A stretch of DNA of 63,399 bases, the filler included, from Clostridiaceae bacterium (GTDB lineage Bacteria > Bacillota > Clostridia > CAYPLH01 > DUMO01): assembly GCA_012839865.1 (NCBI GenBank). It is 4 parts of 4 records of this genome, joined end to end, with 100 filler letters (N's around TTAATTAATTAA, not from the genome) between each part and the next. Parts side by side here need not be neighbours in the genome. Positions count along the whole stretch, not along the records: positions 54,578 to 59,318 come from DUMO01000073.1; positions 59,419 to 63,399 come from DUMO01000083.1; 2 more parts are not named here. One strand, written 5' to 3'. The notes below the pieces were generated by a model. The model made no database searches, had not been told where the DNA came from, and was given only the letters and a program-made list of their open reading frames with translations. Position numbers and translations under genes: made by a program. This document shows, piece by piece, positions 54,578-63,399 of the stretch. The first letter of the stretch is position 1; each line of letters opens with the position of its first letter.

Positions 54578-55737
54578 GCCATATCGCTGAAGGAGCTTAT
54601 GGTGGTGGAACTGTCGGCATAGCCTATAACACCGGAAGTGTTGCTGTATAAAGGTATAACATCAAATTCGATGGTTACTGCACTGCCTGTATTTCCCGAG
54701 CCCAGATCATGCACGGAAGTAAAGCTGGTGCCCGAATACCATGCATCCGGATCAAGGGGTTCAGTGCTTTGGCAGCCATAGCCTATAGATTCCCAGTATG
54801 CAACATTGCGATTGGAGGGATCTATTATGTTGCCGGTTCCGCTGCCTATTTCAACACCACCGGAGCAGTTCCAGTAAACATTGTCACGGAAAACAACATT
54901 GCCATATGCAGACCCTTGCCAGTTTTGAACAACACAATGGTATGAATGGGCTTTTGAAAAATCGTATACCAAATTATGATGCATCTCTACACCGTTGCAA
55001 TTGTTCTGGAATTCAAAAGCTGCCTGACCGCTGCTGGCTTCACACCAGATTGTATTGTTGTAGAACTTGACATTTCCATAGGTGTTGTCTCCTCTCAAAC
55101 CGGCGTTTGTATAGACAAGAATCCGGTTGTTATAAGCTTTCACATCACTGCAGTTATAAAAATAACCACCGGTATGGCCTGTTACAATATCGCAATTATA
55201 CATTTCCAGGCCGGTGCTGTAGGACGCCCTGAAAAAATCATTGTAAATCCATTTTGGAGCGGAACAGTCATGAATTTTTATGTTGCTGCAATTTCTGGCA
55301 CTTATACAGTACCTGTAGAGGTCCCCTTTACCATTTTCATGGGGGCCGGCTGATGCACTTTTAAATGTTATTCCGTAAATTTCTACATTGGATATATTAT
55401 AGCAGCGAACATATGCATCATTGGAATATGTTGTGCAAACAGTAGGACCCCCATATATTATGGTCTTGTTAATGCCGTCACCTCTTAAGGTCAAACCGCT
55501 TTTGAGAAGGATTGGGCCGCTTATGTTGTATTGTGCTTCATGAAGCCAGATAATATCACCAGCATTTGCTGCATTTATTGCCTGTTGAATTACAGCACTG
55601 CTTGTACCGTTATATTGCTGCCCGGGTCCCACATGGTGTATGGTAGCAGCTCTTCCTTTACCTGAAGAAGCAAGCAATGAGCAACAGTTGATAATCAACA
55701 CAAGAACAAGAAAAATTGGCAACTTTCTTTTGAACAT
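54578..55737 (-). CDS. secreted right-handed beta-helix protein (pectin-lyase-like fold), 3' end lost at contig edge
   Basis: Signal peptide, IQQAINAA..GD.I.L...Y, LTLRGDG, repeated N/I-rich beta-helix coils; no stop before gap; ATG 55737 follows GGAGGT. Confidence 0.75.
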
Positions 55738-55780
55738 AATTATTACCTCCATTTTTAAAATTAATTAAATTAAAATTAAA

Positions 55781-55890
55781 TACGCCCGTACCATGAAGAA
55801 CAGATTTGTGTCAGTTGAAATATGCCTGTACCGGAAGAACCATTTATACTGAGTTGATAATATGCCTGTACCAGGTAGAACCGATTCATG
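55781..55890. repeat. tandem repeat, 40-bp period, ~2.7 copies
   Basis: TA(C/T)GCC(C/T)GTACC...AGAAC starts at 55781, 55821, 55861; second halves also similar (AGTTGA). Confidence 0.8.
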
Positions 55891-56325
55891 TTTCTTTGTT
55901 TAATCGCCTCCTTTATACTATAATTCATACAGCTGTTAAAGTAATATAAGTTGCCACGGATGTAGACATAGATGTATCTTGTAAATTAGTCCACAGGCCA
56001 TATTCAGTTTTAAAATATTTTATAAGGTAAGAAATTCGAGTTGGGCTATAGATGTCATAAATGACAATAATTATGAAGTTTGCTTAAAATAAATTGATTG
56101 ATTAAATGATATACCAAATACGGGTTAAAAATCAATATAAGATTCTAATTAGTAAAAACATTGTAACAAAATGAAAATTTTTGCAACAGGTTGAGCAAAC
56201 TTTGAGCAGAATTATAGGAAAATGTGCCATTTTACCTCTAAAATAGCAGTTTCCCGAGTTATAGAAGTTTATTTTAGTTAATTTTCAGGAAAAAATAGAG
56301 AATTTTTCTGTACATATTGTTACAT

Positions 56326-56356
56326 AAAAAAACGGCGGACTATCAAATCCACCGTT
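56326..56356 (-). terminator. probable terminator after sulfatase
   Basis: AACGGTGGA/TCCGCCGTT stem followed by T-run on minus strand. Confidence 0.6.
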
Positions 56357-56480
56357 CGTCGTACAAGCCAGGCAAGCATTAGGCCACTCCGGCATTGCCA
56401 ATGTTATGTTATTACAAAGGATTATCCATTAAGTATGATTATTTTCAAATAAACTTAAAGAATATTCATTCCCATGAAAA

Positions 56481-57992
56481 TCAGCTTAAACCCAGCAACT
56501 CCCTTCCTTCAGTATCGCCGTGTCTTTCCATATAATCCATAAGCCTTTTCCGCATAACATCAGCAACATCTTTCATATCGCTACGGTTTACAAGGTTATC
56601 GGTTTCAAAGGGATCTTTTTCAAGATCGTATAATTCATGGAGGTCCTCTTCAGTGGCAATATATTTATAGTTTTTATAGTAAAGAGCCCTTTGCACTTTA
56701 TGAACGTTAAAATGTCCATAATGTTCAGCCATAAAATCTTCTCTCCATTTTGAGCCGTCACCTTCCAAGAGACAGGTCAAACTCTGTCCGTCCATATATG
56801 AAGGTGGAGTCATACCCACCAGCTCCAGAATTGTCGCCGTTATGTCAAGATTGCTTACATGGGCATCGGATTTGGCACCGGCTTTTATTCCAGGACCCGT
56901 GATAACAAGAGGGATGTGCATAAGCTCCTCCATCATATCCCCGGCTTTGTCCACCATTCCTCCGTGGCTTCCCAGGGCATCGCCATGGTCTGCAGTATAG
57001 ATTATATAAGTATTGTCAAGAAGCCCCTTATCTTTCAGTTTATCAATGACTTTGCCGATGGCCATATCAATATATGAATAGTTCTCATAGGCTCTTTTTA
57101 TGACTGGCTGCCAATCTTTCCAGGTCTTTAAGGGATTTCTTTCCTTTATTCCAGCCAGAAAACTTCTTACAAATTCGGGCTTGGAACCTGCATCATCACC
57201 GAAGCTTGGATACTCCTCAATTTCATCCGGATTTATCAAATCCTTGTATGAAAATGGAACCTGGAAGGAATGATGGGGTCCCCACGTATCCATACGAAGC
57301 ATAAAAGGTTTATCGTCTTGCAAATGCTCGTCCAGCCACTCACACGCAAGATTGACCAAAAAATCCGATTCATGTACAGGTTCATCTGTTTTAAAGTGCC
57401 CGGCGGAATATGTGTTGAAATTGTCACTTTTTGTAAGGTCATACTCCCTGTTTTCATAAGCCCTGCTGTCTGTTTTTATCCCCCACTCCTGAACAAAAAT
57501 GGGGACGCCAAGGTTGTTATTGACCAGATAATTACCGTACTCCCGTGTCTTGTATGGATTACCATATCCTTCAGGATAAAATCCCTCAAATCCGAACCGG
57601 CTCAAATCTTCATATCCCGAATGGTTCTTCCCGAAATAAGCCAGGTTGTATCCTTTTTCACACAAGATTTCGGAAATCAGGGGATAGCCTGCATCAGGCT
57701 GGTTCCTGCCGTTTCTTTTCTTCCCGTGCTTGTGGGCATATGTACCCGTCAGCATGGAAGCCCGGGCAGGCATGCACAGCGGATGAACCGAATGGCAATT
57801 TATAAATTCAGTTCCCAGGGAAGCCAAGCGCTCGTAAGTATTGAGAACAGGCCTTGCGCCCCTGGTCATTTTATAATGCCGGAAAGTTACATGATCAAGC
57901 ACAATCCAGACTATATTGGGTTGCTTGTCTGATTTGACGTAAAAATCCCCATCAGAAATACCTTTTGTTATTTCACCGGTCATTTTCATCAC
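56481..57992 (-). CDS. formylglycine-dependent (Cys-type) sulfatase
   Basis: QPNIVWI.LD, LCMPARASMLTG (CxPxR), YTADHG, ELYDL..DPFE..NL. Confidence 0.9.
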   Translation of the reverse strand: MMKMTGEITKGISDGDFYVKSDKQPNIVWIVLDHVTFRHYKMTRGARPVLNTYERLASLGTEFINCHSVHPLCMPARASMLTGTYAHKHGKKRNGRNQPDAGYPLISEILCEKGYNLAYFGKNHSGYEDLSRFGFEGFYPEGYGNPYKTREYGNYLVNNNLGVPIFVQEWGIKTDSRAYENREYDLTKSDNFNTYSAGHFKTDEPVHESDFLVNLACEWLDEHLQDDKPFMLRMDTWGPHHSFQVPFSYKDLINPDEIEEYPSFGDDAGSKPEFVRSFLAGIKERNPLKTWKDWQPVIKRAYENYSYIDMAIGKVIDKLKDKGLLDNTYIIYTADHGDALGSHGGMVDKAGDMMEELMHIPLVITGPGIKAGAKSDAHVSNLDITATILELVGMTPPSYMDGQSLTCLLEGDGSKWREDFMAEHYGHFNVHKVQRALYYKNYKYIATEEDLHELYDLEKDPFETDNLVNRSDMKDVADVMRKRLMDYMERHGDTEGRELLGLS

Positions 57993-58152
57993 CTTTTTTA
58001 AGTGTCTGCTGCAAATTTTTTTGCTGGTAAAAAATTCTTTTGTCTGGTTGATTGCAGCTTATGCCGCTCTACTGCATTAACTCTTCAACCATATTTTGTT
58101 TTTATTCTTAATGACTTTGCCCTGCTAATTTAACAAATATTGCCCCATGAAA

Positions 58153-59133
58153 TTAAAGATTTTCCTCTCCTGACGGTGCTTTGACCCTCAAGCCAACTTT
58201 TAAAGGTTTACCCAAAACAGGCATTTCATTTTCATCAAATATAAAACTTTTTGCCATTGCGCATCGTCCAAGTGTGTTCTTAAAGGGAGGAGGTGCGAGA
58301 AAAGCATGGTATACAATCCAGTCTTCCTTGCCATCGGGAGATTTAAAAAATGAGTTGTGCCCAGGACTGAACACACCATTCTCATACGATTTTTCAAAAA
58401 TAGGTTTATCATGTTTTTCCCAATTGGCCGGATTCAATAAATCCTTTCCCCTTTTTATTCTGAGAATGCCCAGACAGTAGTGGTCGGAGGTGTAGTGGGA
58501 AGCAGAATATACAATGCTGATATAGTTTTCGGTATACAAAGCAATAGGACCTTCATTTACCGTGGGGTAATCCTGACCGGGAACCGGATGGCATTCCCAT
58601 TCATATTCGGGAACAGAAATAAGCACCCGTTCTCCTTCCATCTCATAAGGTGATTTCAACTTTCCAATATAAATATTTTGCGCTTCATCAACGTCACCTT
58701 CCCACCCAGACCAGGCAATGTACAGGTTCTCACCGTCATTTACTATTGTTGCGTCAATTGCCCATTTGTCAGGATTCATGATTACCCTTCCCTTTTCCTC
58801 CCATTTGCCATTGAAAAGGTCGCCTGAATCATTCTCCAATAGAAATATTCTCCTGTTTTCAGGCTTGCCATCGGTCGCTGTGTAGTATAAAAACCATTTG
58901 CCGCCAATATTATGTATTTCAGGCGCCCATATATCCCTGCTGTTGGGCTTGCCCTCTTCCGGCGACCAGATGGTTTTGCTTTCAGGGTTTGAAAACCCTT
59001 CCAATGTCTTGCTTCTGTAAATTGTTATGTTTTTTCTTGTTGTCGCAGCAAGATAATAATAGCCGTCATGAATAAACATAAAAGGATCCGGTGTATTCAT
59101 CATAAAAGGGTTGCAAAAACTGTTCTCTTTCAA
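58153..59133 (-). CDS. glycoside hydrolase family 43
   Basis: PDPF (base Asp), IWAPEIH, WAIDAT, VNEGP (acid Glu), PGHNSF; no signal peptide. Confidence 0.9.
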   Translation of the reverse strand: MKENSFCNPFMMNTPDPFMFIHDGYYYLAATTRKNITIYRSKTLEGFSNPESKTIWSPEEGKPNSRDIWAPEIHNIGGKWFLYYTATDGKPENRRIFLLENDSGDLFNGKWEEKGRVIMNPDKWAIDATIVNDGENLYIAWSGWEGDVDEAQNIYIGKLKSPYEMEGERVLISVPEYEWECHPVPGQDYPTVNEGPIALYTENYISIVYSASHYTSDHYCLGILRIKRGKDLLNPANWEKHDKPIFEKSYENGVFSPGHNSFFKSPDGKEDWIVYHAFLAPPPFKNTLGRCAMAKSFIFDENEMPVLGKPLKVGLRVKAPSGEENL

Positions 59134-59197
59134 GACTCTTCACCTCTGTAGTATTATTTAACCCACAGGTTAATATATAAACCTGTGCATCACTTTT

Positions 59198-59227
59198 ATT
59201 ATATATACCTGCAGCATGCTTTGTCAA
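59198..59227 (-). promoter_or_regulatory. GH43-sulfatase promoter with downstream inverted repeat
   Basis: TTGACA-N18-TATAAT on minus strand; CACAGGTT-N8-AACCTGTG at 59164-59187. Confidence 0.65.
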
Positions 59228-59318
59228 TGGATACTGTTCTATGGGTGTAGTTTCATGAACAATCAGCTCAATTACAGCAAAAAAAATTATTTTGATAATA
59301 TCAAAATAAAAAAACTTA

Positions 59319-59418
59319 NNNNNNNNNNNNNNNNNNNNNNNNNNNNNNNNNNNNNNNNNNNNTTAATTAATTAANNNNNNNNNNNNNNNNNNNNNNNNNN
59401 NNNNNNNNNNNNNNNNNN
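59319..59418. other. artificial contig-joining spacer
   Basis: 44 N + TTAATTAATTAA + 44 N. Confidence 0.95.
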
Positions 59419-59520
59419 AAGTCAAGTGAAATGAATGCTTATTTATATCTTATAATATGACATAGTGCTGTCAGGTTATACATGATATATTGGCGGTAAA
59501 AAATGATAAAGGGCGATATT

Positions 59521-60144
59521 ATGAAATATGAATGGAAGAAACATGAAAAGGATTTGTATTTACCAAAAGAACAACCTGAAGTTGTAACCGTACCACCGCT
59601 GAAATTTTTCACACTGAGTGGACAGGGGAATCCGAATAGCGAGGGTTTTGCAGAGGAAGTAGGAGTACTTTACTCGCTTTCCTATGCAGTTAAGATGCTG
59701 CCAAAAAAGAATATAACTCCAAAGGGGTATTTTGATTATACTGTTTTTCCGTTAGAGGGAGTATGGGATTTGCCAGATGAAGCAAAGTCTTCGGGAAAAC
59801 TGGATAAAGATAAACTGGTATATAAAATAATGATAAGACAACCGGAATTTGTTACAGATGAAATTGCAAAGGCAGTTATTGAAATGACGAAACAAAAAAA
59901 ACCTGGTCAAATATATGACAGGGTTAATTTTGAAATTATTGAAGAAGGGATTTGTGTTCAAATGATGCATGTAGGTTCTTATGACAGTGAACCGGAAAGC
60001 TTTCAAAAAATGCATGATTATTGTTTGGCACATAACCTGAAAAGAATATCGCAAACCCATAGGGAAATATATATTTCAGATCCTAAAAAAACTAAACCAG
60101 ACAAACTAAAAACTGTACTTCGTTTTAAAGTTGAGCAAATATAA
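59521..60144 (+). CDS. GyrI-like small-molecule-binding domain protein
   Basis: K.EWKKHEK.LY.P, YTVFPLEG.W, MIRQP, Q.MHVGSYDSE, HREIY.SDP pattern. Confidence 0.85.
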   Translation: MKYEWKKHEKDLYLPKEQPEVVTVPPLKFFTLSGQGNPNSEGFAEEVGVLYSLSYAVKMLPKKNITPKGYFDYTVFPLEGVWDLPDEAKSSGKLDKDKLVYKIMIRQPEFVTDEIAKAVIEMTKQKKPGQIYDRVNFEIIEEGICVQMMHVGSYDSEPESFQKMHDYCLAHNLKRISQTHREIYISDPKKTKPDKLKTVLRFKVEQI

Positions 60145-60411
60145 AGGCCCAGAATCCTGATGAGAAGCAGTATGCCTTATTTTGCAGAAAGAATAATGTG
60201 ACATTGAAGTTTTGGCAATACATTTTAAACCGCGGTTATGCAGCAATAGCCCAAACTGTTGACTTTGTCACCTTTCAATTTCCAAACAACTCTTGTAAAT
60301 ATTTGACAGTGCAACGAGCATTTAATTGGTATATTATAGAAGAATGAGCATTAGTAAAATAATGCAATAAATATGTATGCAGTATAACCTAAGAAAACAA
60401 AGGAGCGCAAC

Positions 60412-61824
60412 ATGAAAAAATTCATTAGAGTACTTGTGTTTTCCATGCTTATAAGCATGAATTTGTTGACTGTTTCACATGCAAGATCCATCTTTGAAAC
60501 ACTTTCAAAAACCTCTTCACAGACATCTTCGCAGACTTCTACGCAGACCTCTTCAACGACCTCGTACAAGACTGTTGATGGTTTTTACATGGTAGAAACA
60601 GATAGCTACCTGAATACAGTCGAACCATCTACAGTAGTACTGCCTGAAGAGTTCAGGGAAATGGCTGTCGACGGATATTCCCTGGTATATAATGATGAAT
60701 TTATACCGGCAGAAATCACTCTAAATAAAAACATCATGAGCATTACCCCTTCCGGGAGCTTAAAAGACGGAGCTACATATCAGGTTCGCATATTTGCAGG
60801 TGACGACAGCAGGTATGCAGTTAATTTAAAAGCCTATAACCTGAAATCTATTGACTTCTCAAGAGAAACGGTAGTCAAGATCCCCGCAAATCCTGAGAAG
60901 GGATTCAATTATCCATATTATCTTGTTATACCAAGAAATGCAGATAAATCTGAAATTAAACGGTTAATTGTTGAACCAAACAACAGCGGAATGGTAAGTG
61001 ATGTGTTAGACCTTCATGCAGAATTGGCAAAGGCTGGTGTGACAGGTGCCTCCCAGTCAGGCTGGGTGTCTGAAATGCTTCAGATACCGGCATTGATGCC
61101 GGTATTCCCAAGGCCGTTGCAGGAGTGGTGGGACAATTACTATCATACCCTATCAAGAGAAGTAATGCTGCAAACAACCGGTGATGGTGTAAGAGTGGAT
61201 CTTCAGCTAATTGCAATGATTAAGGATGCCCAGGAATTGCTGGCAGCCAATGGACTGGAAGTTGAAAAGAAGGTATTTATGACAGGCTTCTCTGCATCCG
61301 GCCAGTTTGTGAACAGGTTTACCGTTCTTCATCCTGAATGGGTGAAAGCAGTATTTGCAGGCGGTTTTACGATGTATCCGGCTGAATCGATTGACGGTAA
61401 CATTCTGTATTTTCCTTTAGGTATTGCAGATATAAAAGAAATTGCAGGAAAAGAATTTAATCTGGAGGAATATAAGAAAGTCGCCCAATTTGTTTTTACC
61501 GGTGATTTAGATAGAAATGACCGCATAGTTGAAACAGAAGAAGATTACAATGCCTATGATGCCAAAGTAATGTATAACCTTTATAAAACTGAAGATTGCA
61601 TGATTATTTGGAAAACAAAAGAAAGACTTATTAATGATTTGGGCTTTGGTGAAAATTTTCAATTCCATATCTATGAGGGAATTGGCCACGGTATTCCATC
61701 TGCAGCCAGCCATGATATCCTTGAGTTTTTCATGAAAAATAACGGGGATGAAATTGTCAAGATTAATGCGCATAAGGATGCCGGTTACTGGAATCCGGAA
61801 GAGCTACCCAAGCCAATACGCTGA
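60412..61824 (+). CDS. secreted alpha/beta hydrolase with N-terminal Ig-like domain and S/T/Q linker
   Basis: Signal peptide, SQTSSQT repeats, ITPSGSLKDGATY Ig-like strand, GFSASG nucleophile elbow, C-terminal IGH. Confidence 0.7.
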   Translation: MKKFIRVLVFSMLISMNLLTVSHARSIFETLSKTSSQTSSQTSTQTSSTTSYKTVDGFYMVETDSYLNTVEPSTVVLPEEFREMAVDGYSLVYNDEFIPAEITLNKNIMSITPSGSLKDGATYQVRIFAGDDSRYAVNLKAYNLKSIDFSRETVVKIPANPEKGFNYPYYLVIPRNADKSEIKRLIVEPNNSGMVSDVLDLHAELAKAGVTGASQSGWVSEMLQIPALMPVFPRPLQEWWDNYYHTLSREVMLQTTGDGVRVDLQLIAMIKDAQELLAANGLEVEKKVFMTGFSASGQFVNRFTVLHPEWVKAVFAGGFTMYPAESIDGNILYFPLGIADIKEIAGKEFNLEEYKKVAQFVFTGDLDRNDRIVETEEDYNAYDAKVMYNLYKTEDCMIIWKTKERLINDLGFGENFQFHIYEGIGHGIPSAASHDILEFFMKNNGDEIVKINAHKDAGYWNPEELPKPIR

Positions 61825-61876
61825 TCCTTCTCCCGTTTCTGCAAATTTTTTAGACGTCTTAAGGAGGACTTGATTA

Positions 61877-63193
61877 ATGAAATACACTTATAAATTATTA
61901 ATATTAGTGGCATGCTTTGTGTTAATGTTTTCTGTTGTCAGCATAGCTAAATCGTACAGAACTCCATTTAGTGTTTTATCTACCGAAAGCTCTTTATACA
62001 CAACCCAGGAATCTTCGCTGGAACTTTTAAAATCCTTTGAGGGCGAAAAGGTTTTAGGCATACTGTTGACTGACGGCAATGGCAGAATGGTGGCTGCCGA
62101 ATTCAAGTTTGTTGGTAATGTACTGCATGTAAATCCTTCAGAGGATCTGGTTGCAGGTAAGGAATATGAAATCAGGATATTTACTGAAAGCAGGAAATAC
62201 CAGATAAATATAAAAGCTGAGGATTATATCAGCATAGATAACAACAGAAATTCCATAATCAAGATTGCAGCCAACCCGGATAAAGGTTTCAATTACCCGT
62301 ATTATCTTCTTGTCCCGCAGGGTGCATTGACCAATACAAACAAAAAATATATGGTGGTGGAACCTAATAACTCCGGCACACCAAGCGATTCCCTGGAATT
62401 TCATGAGGTTGCCGTAAAAATTCACTTGCATGATTATGGCTATACAACAGGTGGTGCAGGTGGTTACCAGGTTGCAACAGAACTCAAAACTCCATTGCTG
62501 ATACCTGCATTTCCCCGTCCCAGGACAGAAGACGGTGCCGGAATTTACACACATGCATTGGACAGAGAAGCCATGACTGTTAAGGATGTGGCTTATGAAA
62601 GAGTAGATTTGCAGTTGAAAGCAATGATTGAAGATGCACAGAAGCTGCTGAACAATGAAGGTATCAAACTTGAGAAAAAAGTATTTATGGTCGGCTTTTC
62701 GGCGTCAGGAGATTTTGTAAACAGGTTCATGTTCTTATACCCGGAAATGGTGAAAGCTATTGCATCAAGCTCATCTACAATATTCCCTGCGGCCGAATAT
62801 GAAGGAGTCGCTTTAAATTATCCTTTGGGGATAGCTGATATTGAAGATTTCACCGGTGCCAGATTCAACGCTGAGGAGTATGCTAAAATTCCAAAATATA
62901 TTTACAGGGGTGAGCATGACGGAAATGACGTTACTGCAGATTGGGACAAAAATGGTGACTGGTATGTGCAGGCTGTAAGAAAATTATTCGGAGATGAACG
63001 TTACCCTGAAAAATGGTTCAAAAAAATCAGAATGATAGAAGAGATGGGCTTTGGAGACAACTATCAATATCATATATATAAAGATATTGGCCATAATATA
63101 ACAGAAAAAATGTATGAAGACATTGTAAGTTTCTTTAAAGCCAATATAGGTGATAAGTTTGTTAAAATAACACCCCATGAAAGCGCAAATTGA
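61877..63193 (+). CDS. secreted alpha/beta hydrolase with N-terminal Ig-like domain (tandem paralog)
   Basis: Signal peptide, VNPSEDLVAGKEY, ANPDKGFNYPYYL, GFSASG, IGH; colinear with preceding gene. Confidence 0.7.
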   Translation: MKYTYKLLILVACFVLMFSVVSIAKSYRTPFSVLSTESSLYTTQESSLELLKSFEGEKVLGILLTDGNGRMVAAEFKFVGNVLHVNPSEDLVAGKEYEIRIFTESRKYQINIKAEDYISIDNNRNSIIKIAANPDKGFNYPYYLLVPQGALTNTNKKYMVVEPNNSGTPSDSLEFHEVAVKIHLHDYGYTTGGAGGYQVATELKTPLLIPAFPRPRTEDGAGIYTHALDREAMTVKDVAYERVDLQLKAMIEDAQKLLNNEGIKLEKKVFMVGFSASGDFVNRFMFLYPEMVKAIASSSSTIFPAAEYEGVALNYPLGIADIEDFTGARFNAEEYAKIPKYIYRGEHDGNDVTADWDKNGDWYVQAVRKLFGDERYPEKWFKKIRMIEEMGFGDNYQYHIYKDIGHNITEKMYEDIVSFFKANIGDKFVKITPHESAN

Positions 63194-63212
63194 AGAAGTG
63201 ACAGTGTACACT

Positions 63213-63241
63213 AAAAAGCCGCCTTATATGGCGGCTTTTTT
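63213..63241 (+). terminator. intrinsic (likely bidirectional) terminator
   Basis: AAAAAGCCGCC-ttatat-GGCGGCTTTTTT. Confidence 0.85.
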
Positions 63242-63283
63242 CATCGAAGAATAATGTTCAGGTGTTGCCTTGGATTTAGGAAA

Positions 63284-63330
63284 TCCGGCGGGAATCCTCC
63301 GCATTTGAATGGGGAGATGAAAGCCGGGTT
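63284..63330. mobile_element. possible IS200/IS605-type terminal hairpin remnant
   Basis: CCGGC...GAATCCTCCGCATTTGAATGGGGAGATGAAAGCCGG nested hairpin resembling recalled IS605-family ends; no transposase in window. Confidence 0.3.
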
Positions 63331-63399
63331 TTGGTACGAAACTTTACCATGTGTAAGTTTTTGAATCATTCATAGTCAAAACCATAAATACAACCATAA

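Noticed and set aside
55781..55890. CRISPR array
   Set aside because: Only ~3 units, the would-be spacers resemble each other, repeats are degenerate and no cas genes are present

Overview
Low-GC Bacillota (spore-forming, Clostridia; gene order and ribosomal-protein features suggest the Acetivibrio/Ruminiclostridium group) sequence made of FOUR contigs joined by artificial 100-bp spacers (N44-TTAATTAATTAA-N44 at 26116-26215, 54478-54577, 59319-59418), so adjacency across these joins is not biological evidence. Segment 1 (1-26115): AGE-family epimerase, beta-hydroxyacid dehydrogenase, patatin, DUF5685/J-domain cluster, dnaE, two HD-GYP genes, spoIVA, plsY-der (gpsA missing), rpmF-yceD, ackA-pta and a pseudokinase-TM-Pro-rich-LysM protein. 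Segment 2 (26216-54477): 5S rRNA, Gfo/Idh/MocA oxidoreductase, the full S10-spc-alpha ribosomal cluster, ecfA1A2T, an atypical ROK kinase + PIG-L deacetylase cassette, ROK glucokinase, truA, rplM-rpsI. Segment 3 (54578-59318): GH43, sulfatase and a truncated secreted beta-helix protein preceded by a 40-bp tandem repeat. Segment 4 (59419-63399): GyrI-like protein and two tandem secreted Ig-like/alpha-beta hydrolases. Best leads for novelty: the pseudokinase-LysM receptor-like protein, a structured pta-ackA leader with a mini-ORF, the ROK/PIG-L cassette, REP-like GGGGACGGTTC palindrome clusters, and the 40-bp repeat array. No CRISPR array, tRNA, transposase or prophage was recognised. All family assignments are from motif recognition by eye, not database searches.
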